Positions 8,701 to 16,387 of a stretch of 64,000 nucleotides of DNA are shown here, in pieces. How positions within the stretch are numbered: the first letter of the stretch is position 1; each line of letters begins with the position of its first letter. The stretch is from positions 1 through 64,000 of the IMG/VR virus record IMGVR_UViG_3300007770_001284. One strand, given 5' to 3'. The notes below the pieces were generated by a model. That model did not search any database. It was given only the letters and a program-made list of their open reading frames with translations, and had not been told where the DNA came from. The translations under genes and the position numbers were made by a program.

Positions 8701-9789
8701 ATGGACGTCAAAACTCTCAAAACATGTATCGCAGCCCTTCCACCCAATATCGCTGCGCTAATGCGCGGTCCCACCGGTGTCGGTAAGTCACACGTAGCCA
8801 AGGATGTCGCAGATGTCCTCGGGCTCCCATTCCTCGATGTCCGCGGAAGCACCATGGACGAGGCTAAGGTCGGCGGAATCCCGGATTTCGAGACCTCAAA
8901 GGAACGTGGGGTGTCCACCTTCTGTCCTCCCTCTTGGTTCAAGCGCGCTTGCGATGAGCCAGTTCTCCTGATGCTCGATGAGCTCAACCGCTCGATGCCG
9001 CAGGTACAGCAGGCCTTCTTTCAGATTGTCCTGGACCGAGAGCTCGGTAACGACGCTGACGGTGTACCTCTGAGGCTCCACCCCGGAACGCGTATCATCG
9101 CGGCAGTTAACTGCGGTAACGAATACGATGTCAACGACATGGATCCCGCCCTCTTGCGGCGCTTCTGGGTCTGTGACCTCGAGCCTACCGTAGCCGACTG
9201 GATTGAGTGGGCAACCGAAGCCGGTCTCGATAAGGTCCTGGTGGAGTTCATCCAGCAGAACCCCGAGCACTGGAGAGTCGACCCCGCCGATGTGGAATCT
9301 GGAACGGTCGTTCCTACTCCCGCCTCCTGGCACCGTCTCAGCGACACTCTGGTCTCGGCCGGATTGGAGCCTGCAAAGATGGCTGGATTCGAGGTTAGCT
9401 CGACTACCTACCCTCTGACCATGGGCTTCGTAGGTACGGAAGCTGCGATCTCCTTCGTTGACTTCCTCAAGAACTACGAACGTAACATTACCGCAGAGGA
9501 TGTCCTGGCCGGTAAGGTCACGGCAGAAGATGTCAAGGAGCTCCCCGCTTCTCAGAAGACTGCCCTCATCGACAAGATCAGCACTCACGCTGCTGAGAAC
9601 AAGTGGAAGAAGGCAGAGGTCAAGAGGATCGCGGCGTTCGCAACCGAACTCGGTGGTGAGTTCCTGATTGCAACCTTCACGGCAGTGCAGAGAGCCAACA
9701 ACATGGCGAACCTGCTCCCCCTCAACAAGTTGATTGGAATGGAAGTAGTCTCCCTGGTCAACGATGCACGGGCAGTGTCGAAGGACTAA
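8701..9789 (+). CDS. MoxR-like / AAA_5 family AAA+ ATPase
   Basis: Walker A GPTGVGKS, Walker B LMLDELNR, sensor IAAVN, MDPALLRRF. Confidence 0.9.
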   Translation: MDVKTLKTCIAALPPNIAALMRGPTGVGKSHVAKDVADVLGLPFLDVRGSTMDEAKVGGIPDFETSKERGVSTFCPPSWFKRACDEPVLLMLDELNRSMPQVQQAFFQIVLDRELGNDADGVPLRLHPGTRIIAAVNCGNEYDVNDMDPALLRRFWVCDLEPTVADWIEWATEAGLDKVLVEFIQQNPEHWRVDPADVESGTVVPTPASWHRLSDTLVSAGLEPAKMAGFEVSSTTYPLTMGFVGTEAAISFVDFLKNYERNITAEDVLAGKVTAEDVKELPASQKTALIDKISTHAAENKWKKAEVKRIAAFATELGGEFLIATFTAVQRANNMANLLPLNKLIGMEVVSLVNDARAVSKD

Positions 9790-9806
9790 AGGGGAATGAC
9801 GTCCCC

Positions 9807-9844
9807 GGTGTCGGGGGGTGGGTGACCCCCCGGCGCCATCTTTT
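9807..9844 (+). terminator. GC-rich hairpin terminator
   Basis: GGTGTCGGGGGG/CCCCCCGGCGCC 12-bp stem followed by ATCTTTT. Confidence 0.65.
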
Positions 9845-9860
9845 ATCACCCAGGAAAGAT

Positions 9861-10055
9861 ATGACGAATCAACCCACAGATACTGAAGTCATACAAGCTG
9901 TCCAACGATGGCTTATAGAAGCACGAGACTTCAGGAATGATGGGTATGTCCAGCACGGGTATAAAGAGAAATTGCTAGCGGTGCATGCCACCACAACAGC
10001 AGCTCTACAAACGCTGGGATTGATCACTAATATTTCCTCAGAAAAGAGTAATTAA
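9861..10055 (+). CDS. hypothetical protein
   Basis: ATG at 9861 with AGGAAAG SD; trimmed from track ORF 9822. Confidence 0.7.
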   Translation: MTNQPTDTEVIQAVQRWLIEARDFRNDGYVQHGYKEKLLAVHATTTAALQTLGLITNISSEKSN

Positions 10056-10067
10056 ATCTAACACTTC

Positions 10068-10096
10068 GTGCAATTGTGCTCAACATGTGGTACAAT
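10068..10096 (+). promoter_or_regulatory. conserved early promoter, copy 3
   Basis: GTGCAA-N17-TACAAT, then ATAATTGAAGG. Confidence 0.85.
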
Positions 10097-10118
10097 ATAA
10101 TTGAAGGTAGGAATGGAT

Positions 10119-11537
10119 ATGGCCGCTAAATCAAATACCCCAGAAGCTGGACGCGACATCGGCACGGTAACCCACGCTGATAAGGCAACTGCCGCCGCAT
10201 TCACTCTTAAGCCACACATCGTAGCGATGATGCTCGAAGAGCCCTTCTACGGAAAGGTCCTTCGGAAGGTCTCGAAGATTCGCACCGAGCAGGTCTCAAC
10301 CGCCGGTGTTCTCTGCCAAGATGGTGATCTTAAGCTCTGGTGGAACCCACGGTTCATGGCTGGTCTCCGGGCCAAGCACGTACGTGGAGTCATGAAGCAC
10401 GAAATGCTCCACCTGGTCTTCGAGCACACCACAACTCGTAAGTTCACTCCTCACATCATCTGGAACTACGCTACCGACCTGGCTATCAACAGCCACCTGG
10501 CCGATGAGCTCCCCGAGTTCTGTCTCCTCCCAGGTCGCGGGTTCAAGGCCCTCACCGCGGAAGATAAGGAAAAAATGGGAGAGGAAGCCGTCCGTCGGTA
10601 TGAACTGGTCTCCGCTAAGATCGAATCCTTCCCGCTGCACATGGCAGGGGAATGGTACTTCGCACGGTTGATGGAAGACAAGGACGTCGCTGACTCCATC
10701 CAGGATCCTAACCCCGATAAGAACGATTGTGAAGGTGATGGTGGCGGCGAAGGTCAGCCTGGAGAGGGTCAGCCCGGTCAGGGTGGTGGTCCCGGAAACG
10801 GAACTCCTCAGATGCCCGGTACTCTCGATGACCACGGTGGGTGGGGAGAGATGACGGACGAAGAGCGTGAGTTCGTGAAGGCCAAGATCAAGCAGGCCGC
10901 CGGCGATGCTGCTCGGGAGTGTGATGCTAAGGGTGGCTGGGGTAACGTCCCCGCGGAACTTCGGAAGAAGATTCGGGAAGCCCTCATCAGTGAACTTCCC
11001 TGGCAGAAGGTGCTGGATCGGTTCCTCGGCTACAGCCGTCGGGCCAACCGGTCTACCAGCTGGTCGACCATCCACTCCGCTTACGGTCCCATCACTCCTG
11101 GCGCGAAGCGAGGGTACACTTCTTCGGTAGCCACCTACATCGATCAGAGTGGGTCGGTTGGAGATGAGGAGCTTACGCTGCTCTTCGGTGAGTTGTCCGG
11201 TCTGGCTAAGAAGACTGAGTTCACTTGCTTCCACTTTGACACTGAGATTGATGAGGCCTCCAAGACAGTCTGGAAGAAGGGTCGGACACAGCCGCCGCAC
11301 CGGACTCGGGGTGGAGGTACTTGCTTCATCGCTCCTTCCAAGCACGCAAACGATCGGCGGAAGGAGTTCGACGGTTACGTCATCCTGACGGATGGTTACG
11401 CTAGCGACCCCGGTCCCAGCAAGTTGCCCCGGGCATGGATCATCACCCCTGACGGTGCAGTCCAAGACTGGATGAACAAGTACAAGAAGGACACCATCAT
11501 CCACATGAAGTGGCCGGCCAGCAGGGTCGCCGCTTAA
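10119..11537 (+). CDS. DUF2201-type protein: metallopeptidase-like N-domain, Gly-rich linker, vWA-like C-domain
   Basis: KHEMLHLVFEH (HExxH), WNYATDLAIN, DDHGGW, IDQSGSV (MIDAS), GGGTCF, ILTDGY. Confidence 0.88.
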   Translation: MAAKSNTPEAGRDIGTVTHADKATAAAFTLKPHIVAMMLEEPFYGKVLRKVSKIRTEQVSTAGVLCQDGDLKLWWNPRFMAGLRAKHVRGVMKHEMLHLVFEHTTTRKFTPHIIWNYATDLAINSHLADELPEFCLLPGRGFKALTAEDKEKMGEEAVRRYELVSAKIESFPLHMAGEWYFARLMEDKDVADSIQDPNPDKNDCEGDGGGEGQPGEGQPGQGGGPGNGTPQMPGTLDDHGGWGEMTDEEREFVKAKIKQAAGDAARECDAKGGWGNVPAELRKKIREALISELPWQKVLDRFLGYSRRANRSTSWSTIHSAYGPITPGAKRGYTSSVATYIDQSGSVGDEELTLLFGELSGLAKKTEFTCFHFDTEIDEASKTVWKKGRTQPPHRTRGGGTCFIAPSKHANDRRKEFDGYVILTDGYASDPGPSKLPRAWIITPDGAVQDWMNKYKKDTIIHMKWPASRVAA

Positions 11538-11551
11538 AATCAGGAGACTAC

Positions 11552-11728
11552 ATGTCTACCACGGAAGTCGAGTTCATTATGCTACAGCTGGCGGCTTTTA
11601 GCTTCGTCTGCTTTTCAATCGCCTTTGGAATCATTGGTGTGATGCTCAAGCGTAAGGCCAATGGAGAGATCCGGCCGCGGGTCAAGCGTCATCCTAACGG
11701 TCGTGTCATTCGAAACGCACGCGGCTAA
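11552..11728 (+). CDS. small membrane protein
   Basis: SD AGGAG; one hydrophobic segment followed by a basic tail. Confidence 0.7.
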   Translation: MSTTEVEFIMLQLAAFSFVCFSIAFGIIGVMLKRKANGEIRPRVKRHPNGRVIRNARG

Positions 11729-11773
11729 AAACAAAAACATCTAAAGAGCTAATAACTCCAATAGGAGAAGTGA

Positions 11774-12067
11774 ATGCAACATCGTAAGAAGGTAGAGTGT
11801 GCAGACGGATTCACGGTCTCGGTACAGGGTCACGAGGGTGCGTACTGTTCTCCCAGGAACGATGTCGGTCCCTACGAGTCTGTCGAGTGCGGGTTCCCAA
11901 GTCACTACGATATCCACCTGCAACCCTACGCCGAGGACCCGAGCCGACCGACCGAGACGGTCTACGGTTGGGTCCCGGCCGTCGTGGTCCAGCTCTGTAT
12001 CGACTCCCACGGCGGCATGGTCGCCGGGGAGTTGCCACCCTTTGTCCAGGGATACAAATCCGTGTAA
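11774..12067 (+). CDS. conserved phage hypothetical protein
   Basis: CADGFTVSVQ...YCSPR...VECGFPS...VYGWVP pattern; SD AGGAG. Confidence 0.8.
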   Translation: MQHRKKVECADGFTVSVQGHEGAYCSPRNDVGPYESVECGFPSHYDIHLQPYAEDPSRPTETVYGWVPAVVVQLCIDSHGGMVAGELPPFVQGYKSV

Positions 12068-12345
12068 CAAATAACAGATACATGTAACACCGTAACATTT
12101 ATGTTACACATGGGGTGAACCAAGGGGCCGTAACATTAATGTTTCACCCCCCATACGAGGCCCCTATTTCAAGGCCCATAGGGGCCTACCTCAAGGGCCC
12201 CAAAATTGGCCCCATCTGAGCCCCAAATTTAGGCCCCTCTGTACTCACCCAGAGGCCACTGGTAGGGGTTGCCTTAGGCGAGGGAAATTTTTTTTTCGAG
12301 CTAATTTGAAAACCAAAAGCTAATTTCACACAAAAAATTCTCGAA
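12063..12345. repeat. second GTAACA iteron cluster, followed by phased GGCCCC repeats and A/T tracts
   Basis: TGTAACA at 12063, 12083; CCGTAACATTTATGT at 12090; CCGTAACATTAATGT at 12128; GGCC(CC) at 12126, 12159, 12173, 12183, 12196, 12208, 12232, 12254; GCTAATTT twice. Confidence 0.85.
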
Positions 12346-12561
12346 GCAAATTCTAAAACAGCACCGGTATCATGAAACATCAACTACACCCAAGAGAAAT
12401 AAAAGCTCGCACTCTCATGATATTGATCTCCATAGGGCTAGCACTCATCGTGCATTACTTCGCCAATGAGGCGCATGATATCCCACCACAGTCAGATTGT
12501 GAGTGTATGTGCCCAGACCACCGTGAACACGACACCACCGACCGTTAAAATAAGGAATACC

Positions 12562-12996
12562 ATGAGCAAGTACAACATCCGCATCAAGCCAAGAGATCTC
12601 GCCATAGTGAAAGAGCACATCAAGGATGGGCGTAAGATCGCAGCCATCAAGCACGCGAGGTCGACCGGGAAGCAATACCCTCCCCGCGAGAGCTCCATGC
12701 CCGGGGAAGAGAACAAGCTGGATTACTCCCCTGCCTTGAAATGCGCGAAAGACGCCGTTGAGGTATTGATGGGATCGTGCCAACGACAAGCCGCCCATGC
12801 TCTGTTCACCCCTATGTTCAAGATCCTCAGCTTCAAAGTAGAGACCGAAGATGGTACAGTAGAGGTCGATGTCGACGAATTGCGCATAAGACTCCTGGAT
12901 GGCATGAGCGAAATGAGCCTGTCTGAGATGTCCCACATGACTGACCTCGCAGTATACGTTGCCAAGTGGCAAGGTGATGATGTCGATAATAGTTAA
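12562..12996 (+). CDS. protein with ribosomal bL12 C-terminal-like motif
   Basis: KIAAIKHAR...LKCAKDAVE resembles KI.AIK.VR...LKEAK..VE; SD TAAGGA. Confidence 0.6.
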   Translation: MSKYNIRIKPRDLAIVKEHIKDGRKIAAIKHARSTGKQYPPRESSMPGEENKLDYSPALKCAKDAVEVLMGSCQRQAAHALFTPMFKILSFKVETEDGTVEVDVDELRIRLLDGMSEMSLSEMSHMTDLAVYVAKWQGDDVDNS

Positions 12997-13124
12997 ACGC
13001 CGGAAGGTGTATCATTTCGAAGCGCGAAGATCCTATCCCGATCAATCACTTAGCTGGGCCGATACACCTAAGCGGCGATATCATCTATTTTTATCCTAAC
13101 AGTGATTGGGAAACTACTGGTGTC

Positions 13125-13307
13125 GTGTGTCATGATAGCGATGGAGCTGCTTACGATCAATCGGGTACTGCCTTATACACAGGTATCGTCGTGAGTAACG
13201 TCTACGTGTATACTGCTGACTGTCTGTATTTCTACGACGTGTTATGTGGTGATGGCAGGATCCGGCGCTTGAAATCTACGGAGATCTACGGTATCTCAAA
13301 GGGATAA
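13125..13307 (+). CDS. possible small SH3-like protein (start uncertain)
   Basis: frame open from 12993; GIVV...YDVLCGDGRIRRL; no clear ATG or SD. Confidence 0.4.
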   Translation: MCHDSDGAAYDQSGTALYTGIVVSNVYVYTADCLYFYDVLCGDGRIRRLKSTEIYGISKG

Positions 13308-13322
13308 CTTTTGTTTTTCTTC

Positions 13323-13351
13323 GTGCAAACTGAGCCCACGTGTGGTATAAT
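13323..13351 (+). promoter_or_regulatory. conserved early promoter, copy 4
   Basis: GTGCAA-N17-TATAAT, then ATAAATGAAGG. Confidence 0.85.
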
Positions 13352-13357
13352 ATAAAT

Positions 13358-13740
13358 GAAGGTCGGGGTAGATAGTCCTCTTCCCTCTGTTCTTTGAATC
13401 TCGTAAAGGAAGTAGCAAATGGCTTGGCTCCACGTGTCCGGCTCAATATTGAGCGGCAAAGCTTAGGATGACGATGGTATAAGACCCATCGAGCAAGTAG
13501 AGAGCGTCTGACCCGCAAGGGATGTCCGGTTCTCGATCACGCACCTGTGCCAATCACGTGGCCTTTACGCAATATTATGAGGAGCTGTTGGGGATACCCA
13601 GCAGAGTCGATGGGAGTCGGCAGTCGTCGTTGAAGTCGAAGCTCGCGAGCCAGTTAACTAATGTATCGCGTCTCTCTGAGGGCTGGTGAACAGTTAAATA
13701 ACCAATACCCGCATCGTACGGACGGGCTCCCATCTCTCCT
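13358..13740 (+). ncRNA. candidate structured ncRNA or long structured leader (two modules)
   Basis: stems 13426-36/13555-63, 13441-54, 13472-77/13486-91, CCC-GCAA-GGG 13512-21, 13580-84/13736-40, 13585-92/13597-604, 13609-16/13727-34, 13650-55/13681-86; no credible ORF. Confidence 0.55.
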
Positions 13741-13782
13741 CTACCCTTTTACCCATTACACTCTACCCTTTTACCCATTACA
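13739..13782 (+). repeat. perfect 2 x 22-bp tandem duplication (CTCTACCCTTTTACCCATTACA)
   Basis: copies 13739-13760 and 13761-13782 are identical. Confidence 0.95.
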
Positions 13783-13786
13783 CATC

Positions 13787-14344
13787 ATGTCGAATTACGA
13801 TCCCACTGTACCAATGCTCCGTCAACTGCTGGCTCTCTCTATCCTTGGGAGGCTAGAGGAGGCCGGCTTTGAATTGGAGCCACCGAAGCGTAAGCTCGTC
13901 AAACCCGAGCGAGCGGAGAAGATCTTCTCACGAGTGGTCGGTGACCCGACGACCGGGCTCAAGGTGATGGTATACACGACTGTCATCGGGGATGGTGATA
14001 CAATGCCCTACGAGGTACGTCTCGCGGGGTCTGATGCTATCCGGGTGTCGGCGGTATATGTGACCAAGGACGGAGAGACGAGGGGCCTGACAAGCGATAA
14101 GAGGGTGAACCGTACGGGAGATATCGAGGACATTGTAGATCGCATGGTGACACGTATGCGTGACGCCTGGCGTAGCTGCAAGACGGGAGTTCGTTGTCAT
14201 AGCTGCAATGCTCCTAAGTTCGTTACGAAGAATGGGAAGCAAGTCTGCGCTGAAATCTGCTGGAAGACCGATGAAGAAAAGGATCGGGACTCTGTGGCTT
14301 GGAACTATAGAAAACGTCGCCGGCGCTGGGGTGTCCGGTACTAA
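13787..14344 (+). CDS. hypothetical protein with C-terminal zinc ribbon
   Basis: CHSC...CAEIC; start trimmed to ATG 13787 because the upstream part overlaps the structured RNA and the tandem repeat. Confidence 0.75.
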   Translation: MSNYDPTVPMLRQLLALSILGRLEEAGFELEPPKRKLVKPERAEKIFSRVVGDPTTGLKVMVYTTVIGDGDTMPYEVRLAGSDAIRVSAVYVTKDGETRGLTSDKRVNRTGDIEDIVDRMVTRMRDAWRSCKTGVRCHSCNAPKFVTKNGKQVCAEICWKTDEEKDRDSVAWNYRKRRRRWGVRY

Positions 14345-14356
14345 TGAGGAGAGAAT

Positions 14357-14608
14357 ATGTCTGATGGAAATATTGTTTATCTAGATCGCGACCAATGTAT
14401 CGACTTTGGAGTCGAGTACTTTGGCGCGGGGTCGCTATGCGTCCCGGCTGATAGGCTGCTACGCTCAAAGGATTACGATCGTGTGCACCGAGATCTGCTC
14501 GAACCGCTGGGCCAGAATCTCGTGCACCTCGAGCGGCGTAGCCGCGATGCACCCGGGTGGTTCAATCTTTTCGAAACTCCAAGTCGCTCTCCCGCCCAAG
14601 GCGGGTAA
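14357..14608 (+). CDS. hypothetical protein
   Basis: SD GAGGAG; 83 aa. Confidence 0.75.
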   Translation: MSDGNIVYLDRDQCIDFGVEYFGAGSLCVPADRLLRSKDYDRVHRDLLEPLGQNLVHLERRSRDAPGWFNLFETPSRSPAQGG

Positions 14609-14619
14609 GAGAAGAATTA

Positions 14620-14829
14620 ATGAAGAAGATCTTCGGTTGGTTTGGTTGGCTCTTTTGCGAATTCGCATTTCGCTTGTGGGATATATCGACTGACCATGCA
14701 TGGGAAACCCACTGGATCGCCACGGGGGAGGAGCTTCCTCGCCCCATCCGTCAGCGCCTCGGCGACTTCGTCGCTCGTATCTTTTACGCTATCGGACGCA
14801 AGTTCTATTATTTGGAAGACAGATCATGA
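14620..14829 (+). CDS. hypothetical protein
   Basis: ATG 14620; coupled (ATGA) to the next gene. Confidence 0.65.
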   Translation: MKKIFGWFGWLFCEFAFRLWDISTDHAWETHWIATGEELPRPIRQRLGDFVARIFYAIGRKFYYLEDRS

Positions 14830-15227
14830 GTGCACATAAGCTGTATCCTGTCAGGGATGAAGACATCCCTCGATACATCAACCCACATGACTCCATGGTA
14901 AAATTCGCGGAGCGTGAGCGGTGGAAGATCATGCTGACGGGGAAGAAGATCGTTCCGTGGAAGACCGACATGATCGGTGCACTAGTCAGATACCTCCCAA
15001 CATTTCAGCACGACATCCGTAGAAATGAAGAGAGTCGACCCCTGCTCGGTGCTATGGGTACTGTCATCTCCGGTGAGTGGGTCAGTAACGCTTCTGTCGG
15101 TACTGATTTCTGTTTTTACAATATTCTCTGGCACGGAGTTGGATGTAGCGAAGACATGTCAGCTCGAGCAGATTTTCTCACCAAGACCGTACGTGTCGTT
15201 GACTTGGTGAGCAAGGAAGATAAGTGA
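14826..15227 (+). CDS. hypothetical protein
   Basis: ATG 14826 overlapping the upstream stop. Confidence 0.7.
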   Translation: MSAHKLYPVRDEDIPRYINPHDSMVKFAERERWKIMLTGKKIVPWKTDMIGALVRYLPTFQHDIRRNEESRPLLGAMGTVISGEWVSNASVGTDFCFYNILWHGVGCSEDMSARADFLTKTVRVVDLVSKEDK

Positions 15228-15231
15228 TATT

Positions 15232-15699
15232 ATGACAAAGATTTTGTTCCTGCACGGAAAGGAATCGAAGCCCGGTGGCGAAAAGGTTAGTCGGCTCGAG
15301 CGAGACGGATACACTATTTTTAACCCCCTATTGACAAAGCACTCGTTCGAAGAGTCTGTTGCAACTGCTCAAGAGGTTGTTGATACCCAATCGCCCGATA
15401 TCATTGTGGGCTCGAGCCGCGGGGGTGCAATTGCCATGTGCCTCGAGACGCATGCGCGTCTCGTATTGATCGCTCCCGCCTGGTCTCACTATCGCCAGAC
15501 GGCGGGGAAGAAGCTAGCTAGCGACACTGTGGTCCTCCATTCTAGAGATGATACGATTATCAGGTTCGAAGACAGTAAGCGTCTTGTAGAAGTATACGAT
15601 GCCACCTTAGTTGAAACAGGTACCGACCATCGGATGAAAGATGAAGAAGCGCTAGAGTCTCTGGCAAGTACAGTAAGAAGGTGTGTTAATGAAAGTTAG
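15232..15699 (+). CDS. alpha/beta hydrolase (YqiA/UPF0227-like esterase)
   Basis: LFLHGKES oxyanion motif, GSSRGG nucleophile elbow, LHSRDD (Asp), DHRM (His). Confidence 0.85.
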   Translation: MTKILFLHGKESKPGGEKVSRLERDGYTIFNPLLTKHSFEESVATAQEVVDTQSPDIIVGSSRGGAIAMCLETHARLVLIAPAWSHYRQTAGKKLASDTVVLHSRDDTIIRFEDSKRLVEVYDATLVETGTDHRMKDEEALESLASTVRRCVNES

Positions 15700-15997
15700 C
15701 AATTTCCTGATTGGACTTTTTCTTGGAGCCGTATTCGCTTCTGTCTTTATGTCACATCGCCATGACTCAGAGATAGAGCAGCGCGATTTCCGATGTAACG
15801 AGAGAATATCGAAGATGAGTAGAGACCACCAGACGTATATTAACAATATTGAAGATGTCGATGAAGCATGCGCTGAGCTGCTTGAACGAAACACAGAGCT
15901 GGAGACAGCAGTGGTTGTTCTAAACCAGACAATCATACAAGACGAAGTGAATTGTTTGTGGAGGATTAACCAAGTTGAAAAGGAGTGCTGCCAATGA
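15689..15997 (+). CDS. membrane-anchored coiled-coil protein
   Basis: N-terminal hydrophobic helix followed by a heptad-rich region. Confidence 0.7.
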   Translation: MKVSNFLIGLFLGAVFASVFMSHRHDSEIEQRDFRCNERISKMSRDHQTYINNIEDVDEACAELLERNTELETAVVVLNQTIIQDEVNCLWRINQVEKECCQ

Positions 15998-16185
15998 ACA
16001 AGCTGGAAAAAGTAATCGTGTGGAGATTAATCTCTATCGTCATTACTCTCTTTGTGCTATTAGCTGCGACAGGAAATATGAAAGCCGCTACATGGGTTAC
16101 TGTACTTCTTCATGTAGTGTTGACCGCTGCACATCTTACATTCGAATCAGTTTGGGATGAATGGAGGGCTAATGATAGTGGGTGA
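15994..16185 (+). CDS. DUF2061-like small membrane protein
   Basis: KVIVWRLIS...TG...A...H...FESVW pattern. Confidence 0.65.
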   Translation: MNKLEKVIVWRLISIVITLFVLLAATGNMKAATWVTVLLHVVLTAAHLTFESVWDEWRANDSG

Positions 16186-16387
16186 TCTAGTACGGCCTAA
16201 GGAGTCCCATGCAGACATGTTCTCGTCACATGACGATATCGGTGTGGTTCTAGAGGTACACCATCCAAGAACAGCCCAACCCGATTATCGAACACCTACA
16301 TCATTGCTTGTTTTTTTTCCGCATGCTGGATTGAAGAAAAAGTGGTTTCACAAATATGAACTGGAGATGGTTAATGTACGCGGGTGA
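16172..16387 (+). CDS. SH3-like miniprotein (MIVGDLV)
   Basis: GDLV...IGVVLEV...LLVFF...ELEMV; SD GGAGG. Confidence 0.75.
   Translation: MIVGDLVRPKESHADMFSSHDDIGVVLEVHHPRTAQPDYRTPTSLLVFFPHAGLKKKWFHKYELEMVNVRG

Noticed and set aside
8896-11504. Long antisense ORFs 8896..9849 and 10296..11504
   Set aside because: Shadows of strongly codon-biased, GC-rich + strand genes with clear AAA and vWA motifs; no SD and no recognisable domain.
12063-12260. CRISPR array
   Set aside because: Repeats are 6-15 bp with irregular short spacing and no unique 30-40-bp spacers; no cas genes in the window.
6447-13740. Assignment of the structured RNAs to tRNA, tmRNA, RNase P, SRP, group I/II intron or a known riboswitch
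   Set aside because: No T-loop plus CCA, no GAGGAAAGUCC, no SRP helix-8 motif and no complete catalytic cores. AGATAGTCC at 13370 resembles a group I S element but has no P7 partner or intron context.
13661-13786. N-terminal extension of track ORF 13661..14344
   Set aside because: Overlaps the structured RNA and the tandem duplication and gives low-complexity YPF/THY text; ATG 13787 is preferred.
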